Source: Longimicrobiales bacterium (GTDB taxonomy: Bacteria > Gemmatimonadota > Gemmatimonadetes > Longimicrobiales > Gaopeijiaceae). From it: DNA of 64,000 nucleotides. Shown in pieces: positions 1 to 10,535 of the stretch. The stretch spans positions 1-64,000 of the forward strand of contig CBDDCX010000006.1 in assembly GCA_965226375.1 (NCBI GenBank), given 5' to 3'. The stretch's first letter is position 1. Each line of letters starts with the position of its first letter. The notes under the pieces were generated by a model. The model ran no database searches. It was not told the DNA's origin and saw only the letters and a list, made by a program, of their open reading frames with translations. The position numbers were made by a program, and so were the translations under genes.

Positions 1-693
1 GTGATCTTCCGGCCCGCGCTGAAGGTCGGAGAGCTAGTGAACAAGTCGAACGAATGCAGCACGGTTTGAGTGCGGAGGCGGCTGTGGTCTTGCTCCCTCG
101 GGGTGGTGCGCGCGGCGATGGCAGCCGCCGAGGGGAGACCGGCGTTCCCATGTTGCTAGGGGCCGGGTATCGGTACTCGGAACCCGGATCTCGCGGCCTA
201 CTCCCCCGAGATCCTCGCTCCGAATCAGCTGCAGCATCAACTACCTTCCGCGCCGCGCTCCAACGCTTCGGAAGACTCTCGGCCTCCGCTCCGTGGGGTT
301 CTCCGGCATCCTCGCCCACTCCTCTCCAGACTCGGGGAGGTCGAACCGAACCCAGCTACCGGATGTCGTGAAGAGCCGGGTACGCTATAGTAGTGCCACG
401 ATCGACGATGCGGTGGGCTGGTGCGACAAGGGGTTGACAACGACACAGCGCTCGCACGGCTACGGGCGAGATGCACCGAGCCGGTTCATTAAGGTTAAAC
501 GGCGGGCCGAAAACGACACGTCTCAACCTTGTGTACTTTGTCATGATAACCTGCAGATACGCGTTCATCACCTCACCGACCATCCGCTGAGCGGCGATTG
601 ATAGTTCCTCATGAAGAGGGAACGCTTTAGCCAATCGGCCGTGTCAACTCCGGCGCGGGTGGGTTCGTGAGACGACCCAACTCCTTCCTCAGC

Positions 694-2073
694 GAGGTTG
701 GATCAATAGGTGTGTAAACGTATCAGGCGGCATTCTTCCGCTGTTGGGTTGAGACGGGTTTTCCGTCTTCGAACTTCCTTCCTTCAAACACGTCCTTGAG
801 GAGGTGAGGAGCGTCGAGCCTTCGGAACCGCTTCTCGGCCACCAAGAGCAACTTCCAGATCAGCGCCGTAGCGCTCTCGACCCGCTTGAATCGCTTCGCC
901 GCCGTCGTCCTGAGCCATAGCGCAGCGAACGGGCTCTCGACCACGTTCGTCGTGCGTAGATGCTTCCAGTGATCCTCGGCGAAGTCGTAGAACGTCACCA
1001 TCCGCTCCCAGTCGTCCTCGAGTACGTCCACCGCCTTCGGATACCACGGTCTGTAGCGCCTGGCGAACGCCTCGCGGGCCTTCAGCGCCTCGGCCCGGCT
1101 CGGTGCGTAGACCACGGCCCTTGAGAAGATCCTTCGCCTCGCTCTGCTCCCGCTGCGGCAGCCGGTCCAGCACGTTCCTCATCTTGTGGTTCCAGCACCG
1201 TTGCTCGCCCGCCTCAGGCCATACCTACCGTACTGCGCCCCAGATCGCCGCGTTACCGTCCGCCATCAGAAGCCGGGGCGCCTCGATGCCGCGTGCCTTC
1301 AGATCCCGCAACACCTCCGACCAGGACTCGACCGACTCTCGGTAGCCCGATCTCAGGGCCAACACCTCCTTCGTCCCGTCTCGCATCGCGCCCAGCACCA
1401 CCAGCAGCGCCGCCTTGTCCCGCTCGAGCCCTGCCTTCACGTAGATCCCGTCCGCCCATACGTAGACGACCTCACGGCCCTCCAGGCGACGCTGGCTCCA
1501 TTCCTCGAACTCCGCCGTCCATCCCGCCCGCAGTCTCCGAATCGAAGACTTCGACAGCGGTGCCCCCTCGCCTAGCAGTCCCCGCATCGCCAGCTCGAAG
1601 TCTCCCTCCGCCAGTCCGTGCAGATACAGCTCCGGCAGCAGAGCGCCCAGCTCCTTCGTCCGCCTCGCGAACAACGGCAGCACCCGACTCTCGAACCGCT
1701 CCTCGACGCCCCGAACCCGAGGGCGTCGGAGTGTGATCGTGCCCGAGCTCATCGCCAACCGCCTCGGCCTTGCCATATCCGTTGCGGTAGCCCTCGGCCG
1801 AGTCCACCGTACTCCTGCGCTCTGACTTCTCCCGGCCTAACAACTCCGTGACTTCCTCCTCCATGATCTGTTGGATGAACTCCTGCGCCTTCTCCCTAAC
1901 CATCCCCCTCGAGCGTCTCCCACATCGGCCTGCTGGACGCACCCTGGGGTCCCGCGATATCCTCTCTCATGAGGCGACGTTCCTTTCCCCGGGCTGTCAC
2001 CCGGGCTCGCTGCTTTAAATCTCAGCGCAAAGGTACGTCGCCTCTCTTTTTACACACCCTTTGATCCTAGCTC
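694..2073 (-). mobile_element. IS256-family insertion sequence (degenerate)
   Basis: Imperfect terminal inverted repeats GAGGTTGGATCAATAGGTGTGTAAA (694-718) and TTTACACACCCTTTGATCCTAGCTC (2049-2073) enclose IS256-type transposase fragments; about 1.38 kb; no target duplication seen. Confidence 0.85.
723..1970 (-). pseudogene. IS256-family transposase, fragmented
   Basis: Consecutive fragments GYRNGYG / YVWADGIY..ALLVV / MRNVLD / HLRTTNVVESPF; frameshifts near 1775 and 1120, stop at 1225. Confidence 0.85.
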
Positions 2074-2639
2074 GAAGTAGCTGCCGAACCGGCTCCTCCC
2101 ACCCGTCGACAGCCTGAGTGGGGAGAATCTGGATATTCTCAAATGAGCCGTCCGGATTCCAACGAAGAGTCAGCTCGATCTCTAGGTCAGCCAGCTTCCC
2201 ACCAAGTGGACAGCACCACACTTGTTCGATGAGATGATCCTCATCCTATCTGTCATCGGCCGACCAGCTACCGGTCGAGCGAATCTTGGCGCGGAGGCGA
2301 TCCAAGAATGGTGCGGCAGGAGGCTCGACTACAAATTCCATCACTCGAGAGCTGGTTCAACGCCGATGCGGTTTGAAGGATGGCCGATAACCAACAACCG
2401 GCCCAGGGCACGTAGCGTACTGCAGTAATCCGTCGGGCGCGAGGCAACCGATGGGAGGCGTTCTCGATGGCGCTGAACCAAGTCCACGACCGTGATGGCA
2501 TTATTGGCTCCGGGCCCCGGGCGGGGTCGAAGGGGTGCCCCGAGCTACATCGTCGCAGTACTGCCTCACGCTGCATGAGCAGGAGGTCGCCGGTGCCGTC
2601 GATCCTGGCTGGCCGCTCTCCACCGTGATCAGCGGGGCG

Positions 2640-2745
2640 GGTCGCTACGAGCCCGTCCACGATGACCAGATCGTTGTAGCTCAGCTCCGGGACGAGCGGC
2701 TCAAGAGCGTACTTGGTGCTGAAGCTTCCCTCGAAGTACTCCGTC
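2640..2745 (-). pseudogene. Fragment resembling the C-terminus of DUF2779-type (RNase H-like) proteins
   Basis: FEGSFSTKYALEPLVPELSYNDLVIVDGLVA within ORF 2268-2786; flanking sequence is not protein-like. Confidence 0.4.
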
Positions 2746-4236
2746 CACGGCTGCAGCTCCGCTCGTATGGCCAGCCGTAGCGCCAACGCTGATGCCCAGC
2801 GGCATGCGTTCAGACGATCGTCCTCGGCTCGTGAGTGCTATCGGCGCGTGTGATGGATGGAGCGCGAGAGTGGTATGCCAGCCAGACACCAGTATTTGGA
2901 ACACGGCAAGGTGAGTGAGTGACCCGATGGCCAGGAGCACCGCAAGCGGGTGTCCCAGCGCAGCCCCGACCGCGATGGCAAGAATTCGAAGATCACGACG
3001 CTTGAGCTTGTTTACGAGATTATTGGGATACGGACGTTGAAACCGAACCTGGAATTCCTTGGTGACATAGCTCGCCATGAGGAAGCTGGCCGTTGCAGCG
3101 AAGCCGGCTGGCCAAACCCAGGCCGCGTCGTACAGCTGTGACGCGGCGAATGTCACGGCGAGCCCGACTGCCAGGTCAGAATACCGATCCAACACCGTAT
3201 CAAGCCAGGCACCTTGTGGACTTTGAAGCAACTTGATCCGCGCGATCTCACCGTCGCACCCGTCCACGATAGAGGCGATCTGAATGAGTATCCCTCCGGC
3301 GATCCAAAACCACGGGTCCGTGGTGGCCAAACCGACGGCGCCAAGCAGCCCCATGAAGAAGGATAGGAGTGTGATGTGATTGGGCGTCAGGGGCGTTCTC
3401 GATAGAGCCACCGAAAGGCGACGGGAGAGCGGACGGTTTATGTATTGGGAGATGAAGCCATCTTCTCCACCTTTCCCCATGGCCGCGTCGATCCGGTGCA
3501 CCGCCTCCTGAGATGCTTCCGGCGTGTCCACATCGAGCCAACGCGCTCGGGTCACATCGATCGCTCGAACCCCACCCTGTGCAACGCATTCTCGGATCCC
3601 GTCCGTCAACGAAAACTTGCCCTGCGCGTGCGCTCTCGCCAGCCCCTCGAACAGCCTTGACGAACAGTAAAACAGGCCCGTGTCGCCCGCATTCCAAGTT
3701 GCGAGGTCTTTTCCAATCGCTGCGATGCACCCTCCTGACACCTCGACCTTGGTGAGATCGGGAAGGTCGAACACGTTTTCTGTATCATGATCGACGGCGA
3801 GCGCGATTTCGTCCTGTGCCGGTGGATTAGCCAGCACATCCCGGATCATTTCCGGGGGTAGCAGGTGATCGACCATGGCCAAGAGAAACCGGCTGTCGCC
3901 GACCAACGGAGCGGCGGCGACCGCGGAACAGCCGTTGCCTCTTTCCCAGTTCTCAGCCTCAACAAAAGTGATATGGCAGCGACGTCGTCTTGCAACCCGC
4001 TCGAATTCGTGCTGGACAAGCGCTGCGTCATACCCGAGAACGACGACAAATCGCTCCACACCCGCCGTGAGCAGTTGTGCTATCGATCTCTCGGCGATCG
4101 ACAGACCTCGCAAGTGGACGAGCGGTTTGGGGACGGCCGAACGATCGCTCCGCAAGCGGCTCCCATTGCCGGCCGCGAGAATCACGGCCAGCGGAGCGAC
4201 CGTTTCTCGGCGTGGAACTCTATCTAGCGAGGGCAT
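2701..4236 (-). CDS. Bifunctional NTP-transferase/CDP-alcohol phosphotransferase (IPCT/DIPPS-like)
   Basis: AVILAAGNGSRL..PKPL, WLDVDTPE, then DGFISQYINRPLS and CDP-OH motif DGCDGEIAR..G..LD..LD; SD GGAGGAG before ATG 4236. Confidence 0.85.
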   Translation of the reverse strand: MPSLDRVPRRETVAPLAVILAAGNGSRLRSDRSAVPKPLVHLRGLSIAERSIAQLLTAGVERFVVVLGYDAALVQHEFERVARRRRCHITFVEAENWERGNGCSAVAAAPLVGDSRFLLAMVDHLLPPEMIRDVLANPPAQDEIALAVDHDTENVFDLPDLTKVEVSGGCIAAIGKDLATWNAGDTGLFYCSSRLFEGLARAHAQGKFSLTDGIRECVAQGGVRAIDVTRARWLDVDTPEASQEAVHRIDAAMGKGGEDGFISQYINRPLSRRLSVALSRTPLTPNHITLLSFFMGLLGAVGLATTDPWFWIAGGILIQIASIVDGCDGEIARIKLLQSPQGAWLDTVLDRYSDLAVGLAVTFAASQLYDAAWVWPAGFAATASFLMASYVTKEFQVRFQRPYPNNLVNKLKRRDLRILAIAVGAALGHPLAVLLAIGSLTHLAVFQILVSGWHTTLALHPSHAPIALTSRGRSSERMPLGISVGATAGHTSGAAAVDGVLRGKLQHQVRS

Positions 4237-5101
4237 TGATGATCTCCTCCGTAAGCTCTTTGGTCGATGCGGCGACGAGGGTCGTGCGATCCTGCAGCGA
4301 TTCGAATGGACCGAGCTCCCCGCCGTCGAGACGACAGATGTGGCCATCGGCCTCGGTGACGATTAACGAGGCCGCGAGAAAACTCTCCGGCGTCAATCGG
4401 CTCCTGACGTCGATATGGGCATCCAGAGCTCCGTCTGCCACCAGGCACAGAGCACGTGAAGCACAGCCGTAGACGCGTATGCCGGCGCAGGTCCGCATCA
4501 GGTCGGCGAGAGAGGCGTCCGGCGCCCAATGGTTCAGTTCGCAGGAGATAAACGCGTCACGAAGACGGCGCGTCTCCGACGTGTGCAAGCGTCGGCCGTC
4601 TGATGAGTAGGCTCCGTTTCCGCGCGCCGCGACGACGGCTCCAGGGCCCGATGTGGCACCAACCGACGCGAAGATGACTCCGTCCGCGGAGAGCGATGTC
4701 TGTCGTGGAAGCATGGCCAGCGAGATGGCGGACAGCGGCAGGCCACGCGCGAAGTTGTCGGAACCATCGACCGGGTCGACGATGAATCGGTAGCCTTGCT
4801 CGCCGCTCCCGAACTCGAACGCACCCGTCTGCTCCTCAGACTCCACGACACCGCTTTCGAAGTGTTCTGAAAGCCACTGTCGAATCCATTCGTCAACAGC
4901 GATGTCAAAGGGCTTCTGGTCGTCGCCCTTGGCATTCACACCGACGGCCTGGCTGTGGTCCAACCCAGGTCTTACTTGGTCGAGAAGCGGTAGGGAATCC
5001 ACGTGAAGCTGTCCGAGCAACGCCAGCATCTCCTGAGAGTCCGTCGATGTGTCGTGGAGCGGAGCGCTGGTCATGACGGAAAGCCGCGCGTCGAGGTTCA
5101 T
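4220..5101 (-). CDS. Inositol monophosphatase/FBPase family protein
   Basis: VESEE, IVDPVDGSDNF, RVYGCAS..LCLVADGALDA motifs; overlaps both neighbours. Confidence 0.85.
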   Translation of the reverse strand: MNLDARLSVMTSAPLHDTSTDSQEMLALLGQLHVDSLPLLDQVRPGLDHSQAVGVNAKGDDQKPFDIAVDEWIRQWLSEHFESGVVESEEQTGAFEFGSGEQGYRFIVDPVDGSDNFARGLPLSAISLAMLPRQTSLSADGVIFASVGATSGPGAVVAARGNGAYSSDGRRLHTSETRRLRDAFISCELNHWAPDASLADLMRTCAGIRVYGCASRALCLVADGALDAHIDVRSRLTPESFLAASLIVTEADGHICRLDGGELGPFESLQDRTTLVAASTKELTEEIINALAR

Positions 5102-6408
5102 GGGGAAGTCGCCGACGTAGCACGGCGCGGAGTTTGGCTAGAACTCCCATGCTCTTGTTGTGGAGGCGTGGCCGCAGTGGCCAAGAGACCCTTTCGGTCT
5201 GCCACGCGAACTCCCGCGAGATCCGCTAGTTCGTTGAATCTGGGGGTATCGATATTCCCCCGATGGAGTGCACTGGCCGCGAGCGCCGCCAGACGAGAAC
5301 AGAGGGAGTCCATCTCATGGGCCTGCAGCGCAAGTTCCCCGTCGATCGGCGTATGCTTTTCACTTCGCAACATCGTTTTTAGTTGATCGAGTTCACGGTC
5401 TGTCAAAAGTCGGAGGTTTCTCAAACGATGCGCAGCCACGCTGGGGCTCGTGCCGTAGTAGTGAGCCGTCCGTAGGACGTCCGCCAACGTGATCGGATGA
5501 CGACCCCTGCGCTGGCGACCATCCACGCGACGGCTCTCGCCCGTCTTGTCGCGACCGTCGCCCTCTGAAAACAGGGAGAGCACCGTGGGACCAGCGCGTC
5601 CCAGTGTCTCTTTGCCGAGGGTCTCCACGTATCGACGCAAGCCATACTGGGGAATCAGAAGGGCGCTGGCGAAAGCGTCGGCCCTCACCTCCGGAAAGTC
5701 AGGCGCTCCGCCAGATTTGCACACGCGCCACGGGGCTTCGGTATAGAACAAAAAATGGGCAAGTCCGTGTGCGTATCTGAAGCGGCGGTGTTCGAGACCA
5801 AGGTTTTTATCGACCACAACAAGAAGGCCGTGGTCCGGTTCAGCGATCGAAATCGAGAGGATTCCTGTCGGCAGAGTCGCCTTGGCCGAACGAACGCCGG
5901 ACGTCATGAGCAGTTCGTCAACGAAACGGATGGGCCCCTCTCCAAGTGCTAGGCGCCGCCGCTCATCCTCCGCAATGCGATATCCTTCCCGCGCCGCTTG
6001 CCACGGCATATTCCCGTGCTCAACCCGGTACGAAGGAAGCGAGTGTACAGTGGCGTCGATCTCAAGTCTTGCTTCCAGATCGGTGAGAGCTCTCGCGGTC
6101 GCGCACACACCGGCGAAGGAACTCGGACCCTGATCTTCCGCGAGGTCAGGATGGGCGCGGAACAGCTCGGCAAGGCTATCCACTTCCTGGTCGTCGGTAG
6201 CCGGGGGAAGGAGCTCGCTGAGGCTACAGCCATAGAAGGCAGCTAGCCGGCGCAGATCTTCGGCCTTCACGGATCGCCGTCCTGTCTCGATATGGGCGAT
6301 GGTGGCTCGCGATACACCAAGCTGAGGTGCGATGTCAGCCTGGGTGAGACCACGTGACGTCCGCGCTTGCCGGAGAATGCTACTGATATCCTTCAGTTTC
6401 TCAGCCAT
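5098..6408 (-). CDS. XRE HTH + ImmA/IrrE (peptidase M78)-like domain, degenerate HExxH
   Basis: N-terminal GLTQADIA..GVSRATIAHIETGRR; RRFRYAHGLAH; EVRADAFASALLIP. Confidence 0.8.
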   Translation of the reverse strand: MAEKLKDISSILRQARTSRGLTQADIAPQLGVSRATIAHIETGRRSVKAEDLRRLAAFYGCSLSELLPPATDDQEVDSLAELFRAHPDLAEDQGPSSFAGVCATARALTDLEARLEIDATVHSLPSYRVEHGNMPWQAAREGYRIAEDERRRLALGEGPIRFVDELLMTSGVRSAKATLPTGILSISIAEPDHGLLVVVDKNLGLEHRRFRYAHGLAHFLFYTEAPWRVCKSGGAPDFPEVRADAFASALLIPQYGLRRYVETLGKETLGRAGPTVLSLFSEGDGRDKTGESRRVDGRQRRGRHPITLADVLRTAHYYGTSPSVAAHRLRNLRLLTDRELDQLKTMLRSEKHTPIDGELALQAHEMDSLCSRLAALAASALHRGNIDTPRFNELADLAGVRVADRKGLLATAATPPQQEHGSSSQTPRRATSATSP

Positions 6409-6604
6409 ACCTGGTCAACCCGTCCTTCTCGGGGGGGACGATATCTAACACAGCAGCGGATGCCAGCTAACAATGTTAGATATTATTACGCCCTGCCGCA
6501 ACTGGCCTTCCCCGTCTGTCAGACCCCGGGCTGAAGCCGGGTTGGTCGGCGGTGGATCCGTGTCGGGGCTACAATTAGTATTCATACTCTCGAAGGGTCT
6601 TTAG

Positions 6605-6820
6605 ATGACGTTGTTGCCGACGGTTCGAACCGCCATCCCAGAGGTCGGAATCGGACGAATCACGCCCGAGATCGTTTCAGAGATTTTCTCGGGATTGGAT
6701 CTGACCGAAGGGACTCGGATTCAGTATGAACGGGGAATCGGACGGTTTGTCCTGTGGGTGGAAGAGGAGGGTTGGGGTCCCGATGTTTTGGTCCGTTTCA
6801 AGAACTATCTCAGAGGGGAT
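6605..6820 (+). pseudogene. Probable integrase N-terminal (SAM-like) fragment truncated by IS481
   Basis: LTEGTRIQYERGIGRFVLWV..FKNYL, ending at the IS481 end repeats. Confidence 0.4.
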
Positions 6821-6825
6821 GAGGG

Positions 6826-6870
6826 TCCGGGGAGATAGGTAACAGATTGAGTCCGGGAGATAGGTAACAG
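6826..6870. repeat. Tandem transposase-binding repeats at IS481 end
   Basis: TCCGG(G)GAGATAGGTAACAG occurs twice just beyond the transposase stop. Confidence 0.7.
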
Positions 6871-6874
6871 TTTT

Positions 6875-7660
6875 CTAAGTTTTTGGGTTACGCATCACAA
6901 GGCCTCGGGAGTCAGTGATGCGACCGATTTTTTCGAAAAACCTTCCGAGCCAGACAGGGCCGAAGTAGACGTCCCAAGCTTGGTGATCGACCTCCTCGAA
7001 GCCGATGTAGAGACCGCCGAGGATCTGGCTGACCCAGAGCCACCTGGCGTTCCAGCGAACACCACCGTTGGTGCTAACCTTACGGACCTCGTAGTGTCCG
7101 GGGTAGACGAAGGATTTGAGGTACTTCGGGTACGGCCTGTCAGAGGGCCGATATAGTTCCGCAGGGACTTTCATCTGGAGTGCCGCATGCGGCCGCTCGT
7201 GGTTGAACTCATGGCGGAACGCGTCGAAGCGTTTCTGCTGAGAGCGTAGATCAGCCTCGGGCGGTCGCGCCGTTTGGGCTTTGAGCGTGCGATGCATGCG
7301 TTCGTGGCGGCCGTTCTGCTGGGGCTTACCGGGCTCGATGAGTTCGGGCGTGATGCCGAGCCGGAGCCACCAGGCACTGAGCTTGGAGAGGCGGGCGAGC
7401 GCCATGGAAGCGAAGGGCGTGCCGTTGTCGGTACGGATCCGCTCGGGGATGCCGTGGATGCGAAAAACCTTTTTAAACACACGCATCGTGGCATCGAGCG
7501 TGGTGCCGTACAGTCCCCGACACTCGAGCAAGAAACGGCTGTGGCCGTCCTGGATGGTGAGGGGATAGCAGTAGACGCCGTCTTGGGTTTTGAACTGGCC
7601 CTTGAAGTCAGCGGTCCAGATCCGGTTGGGCCGAGTGAACCCGCTCAGAGGTCGTCCCCT
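6875..7660 (-). pseudogene. IS481-family transposase, 5'-truncated
   Basis: rve core WTADFKG, RTDNGTPF, PQQNGRHERMHRTLK; HTH region replaced by IS3 sequence. Confidence 0.85.
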
Positions 7661-7663
7661 CTC

Positions 7664-8296
7664 TGCCAACTTAGGTGAGACACGGAACGAGTAAAGAATT
7701 AGAGTAGGGCGAAGGCAGAGAAACCGAGGATGCTGAGACACCGAGAGAGAATGGAAGAGAATGGAATCGCCCCACTAACCTGGGAGGGTAAGCGAAGCGC
7801 GGCAGCTGCTCCGGACGCGGAGGTGGTAGATAAGCCGACGCGCCGACGGTTTAGTCCGTCGTACAAGCTGCGGGTCGTCGAAGAAGCGGACCGGTGCACG
7901 GAGCCGGGAGAGGTAGGGCGACTCCTGCGACGCGAGGGCTTGTACTCGTCGCACCTGACGACATGGCGCAAGGCGGTGCGGAGTGGGTCGCTGAGAGCGC
8001 TGTCGAAGAGACGAGGTCGAAAGCCGAGCGAACGGAATCCGCTGGAGGGGAAAGTGCGCAAGCTGGAGCGCGAGAACACTCGCCTGGAGAAGGAACTCGA
8101 GAAGGTGCGCCTGATCATCGACGTCCAGGGAAAAGTTGCAGGGCTGCTGGGATTGAGCCTCGAGGACGGGACGCACTCGTGAAGGCGGCCGAGGCGCTGG
8201 CCACGTACGTAGGGGTAAAGCCCGCGTGCGATGCGCTCAGGGTCGCCCGAGCCACGTTCTATCGTCGTCGGAGGCCATCGACCGGGCATCAACACC
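7664..8296 (+). mobile_element. IS3-family element, truncated (orfA 7751-8182, orfB stub from 8179)
   Basis: TG-starting left end; orfA RRRFSPSYKLRVVEEAD..LLRREGLYSSHLTTWR; orfB stub VKPACDALRVARATFYRRR stops at an integrative-element end. Confidence 0.75.
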
Positions 8297-8438
8297 CACT
8301 CATAGTCTGCCGATGTCCGTAGGGGTCCAGTAAGTGCTATAAACAGTTATATCCTAACCGGTTATGACTGTTCTACAGCGCTCTGAGCCACCCGTAGCGT
8401 CCCTTGATATCCGCTTGCATCCCCTATATTATTGTGGG

Positions 8439-10436
8439 ATGAATAGTGTGAAGCACTCGGCCAACCCGCCGCGAAAAACCAAGCCCAAGGGCCGCCATCC
8501 CGACAAGGCGTTGTCGGCCGCCTTCGTGCGCACGGCCCCGCCCGGCAGACATTGCGACGGCAATGGCTTGTACCTCTACGTGCAGCCTACGGGAACGCGG
8601 AGCTGGATTCAGCGGCTCGCGATCCGGGGCCGCAATCGCGAGCTCGGACTGGGCAGCGTGGCGCTGATTTCGCTGGCCGAGGCCCGCGAGCAGGCGCTGG
8701 CCAACCGCAAGCTCGCGCGCTCGGGCGGCGACCCGCTCGCCGAGAAACGCCGCACGCAGGGCGTGCCGAGCTTCGCGGAATCCGCCGTGAGGGTGATGGA
8801 ACAGAAGCGGGCCGGTTGGCGCAGTCCGGGTCATAGCCACGAGTGGATTTCGAGCCTCAGGCGCTACGCCTTCCCGCGCATCGGCGAGATGGCGGTCTCG
8901 GAGGTGACGAGCGCCGACGTGCTGGAGATCCTCACACCCATCTGGCACGTGAAGGCGCCCACGGCCCGGCACGTGCACCAGCGTATCCGCACGGTGCTGG
9001 AATGGGCCGTGGCGATGGAGTTCAGGACCGACAACCCATGCGACCGAATCGGGCCGATCCTCGGAGCGCAGAACGACGTGGTAACACACATGCGGGCCTT
9101 GCCGCATCGCGACGTGGCGTCGGCGATCGAGACGGTGCGGGGGTCGGGGGCGCAGCCGGTCGTCAAGCTCGCGTTTGAGTTCGTGGTGCTGACGGCGGCG
9201 AGGTGGGGCGAGGTCCGGGGGGCCGAGTGGGCGCAGATCGATCGAAGGGAGGGCGTGTGGACGATTCCCGCCACGCGGATGAAGGCGCAGCGCGAGCACC
9301 GGGTGCCGCTGTGCCGCCGCGCCACAGAGATTCTCAGCGCGGCGCGGAAGCTCGGGGACGGCAGTTCGCTGGTGTTCACCCGTGGGGGTGGCAAGCCGCT
9401 CTACGAAAAGCGGCTGCGCCGGCTTCTCCGGAACTGCAAGATCGCGGCCGTGCCGCACGGCTTCCGCTCGAGCTTTCGGGACTGGGCGGCAGAAGAGACG
9501 GATCATCCGCGCGAGGTCATCGAGGCGGCCCTGGCGCACATGGTCCAGAACAAGGTCGAGGCGGCCTATCGGCGTACGGACCTGATCGAGCGCTGGTACC
9601 TGAACGACTGGACGGCGCTCGACCCCAAGCTCCGCACCTCCATCGTCGAGGGCATCTCCGTCTTCCTGTCGCTCTTCGATCAGCCGCAAGTCGCGAGCAT
9701 GTTCTGTCCGCCGCCTCCGGACCCGGACGAATCCATACATATGTATAGTGCTGCGCCGGACGAGGACCCCGAGGCCGTCCGGCCCATGCCGGGCCTTCGC
9801 CGCCGGCTCCCGCCGCTCGCCGAGCTGATCGAAGGGGGCCGGGTCCTCGCCCTCAACATGCCCGCGGGCGCGAACCCGGCGCTCGGTCGCGCGATCGGCG
9901 TGCTGCTCAAGAACGCCTGGATACAGGCGCTCCTCCGGCGGCCCGCCGAGGCCGCCCGCCGGCCCGGCCGCTACCTCCGGCCCGCCGTGTTCATCTGCGA
10001 CGAGTACCAGGCGTTCGCCACCGTGGGCCAGGACGACCCCGCTGGCGACGAGAAGGCGTTCGCGCTGACGCGGCAATGCCGCTGCATCCCGATCGTGGCC
10101 ACGCAGTCGATCTCCTCGCTCCGCTCCGTGCTGTCGGGCACGGACGCCTGGCGCACCCTGGTCCAGACGCTCCGCACCCGGATCTTCCTGTCGCTCTCGG
10201 ACGAGTCCTCGGCCCGGATCGCGTCCGAGATGTGCGGCAGCGTCCTGAAGACGCAGCCCTCCTACACGTTCACCGAGACGACGGGCAGGCCGGAGTTCTC
10301 GCTCCTGTCGGGACGCGCCGGAGGCGGGCGCGGCACGATCGGCGCGAGCAAGTCGTTCCGGCAGGCACGGGAGCCCGTGTTCACGCCCCGGGACTTCACG
10401 CTCCTCGCCAACTATCAGGCGATCTGCCTGCCCTGA
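8439..10436 (+). CDS. P4-like tyrosine integrase fused in frame to the C-terminal part of a type IV coupling protein (TraD/VirD4-like)
   Basis: DGNGLYL arm domain, TAARWGE, HGFRSSFRDW, ALAH, EAAY up to about 9590; then VFICDEYQ, IVATQSISSL; a frameshift at 10434 cuts off a tail that would end near 10539. Confidence 0.8.
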   Translation: MNSVKHSANPPRKTKPKGRHPDKALSAAFVRTAPPGRHCDGNGLYLYVQPTGTRSWIQRLAIRGRNRELGLGSVALISLAEAREQALANRKLARSGGDPLAEKRRTQGVPSFAESAVRVMEQKRAGWRSPGHSHEWISSLRRYAFPRIGEMAVSEVTSADVLEILTPIWHVKAPTARHVHQRIRTVLEWAVAMEFRTDNPCDRIGPILGAQNDVVTHMRALPHRDVASAIETVRGSGAQPVVKLAFEFVVLTAARWGEVRGAEWAQIDRREGVWTIPATRMKAQREHRVPLCRRATEILSAARKLGDGSSLVFTRGGGKPLYEKRLRRLLRNCKIAAVPHGFRSSFRDWAAEETDHPREVIEAALAHMVQNKVEAAYRRTDLIERWYLNDWTALDPKLRTSIVEGISVFLSLFDQPQVASMFCPPPPDPDESIHMYSAAPDEDPEAVRPMPGLRRRLPPLAELIEGGRVLALNMPAGANPALGRAIGVLLKNAWIQALLRRPAEAARRPGRYLRPAVFICDEYQAFATVGQDDPAGDEKAFALTRQCRCIPIVATQSISSLRSVLSGTDAWRTLVQTLRTRIFLSLSDESSARIASEMCGSVLKTQPSYTFTETTGRPEFSLLSGRAGGGRGTIGASKSFRQAREPVFTPRDFTLLANYQAICLP

Positions 10437-10535
10437 CGACGGCACGAAGTCCCTGCCGGGCCGGCGCGTCTATCTGAAGCCCCATTACCTGCCGAGGGAC
10501 GTGGGCTACTGGCGGCTTCGCGAGGAGGGCCGCCT

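Noticed and set aside
1..693. Short ORFs at the window start and possible continuation of ORF 2015-2221 across IS256
   Set aside because: No recognisable motifs and no target duplication supporting a rejoin.
6826..6870. Tandem repeat as a mini-CRISPR
   Set aside because: Two units with a spacer of a few bases at an IS481 end; no cas genes. No CRISPR array was seen in the window.
8283..8296. Att core pairing with about 30643-30656
   Set aside because: Only loose similarity (CCGGGCATCAAC versus CCGGCACAAC); not a convincing direct repeat.
8424..10445. 673-aa minus-strand ORF and similar long antisense ORFs (12608-13483, 20601-21905, 57682-58851)
   Set aside because: Shadows of real opposite-strand genes in high-GC DNA; no motifs.
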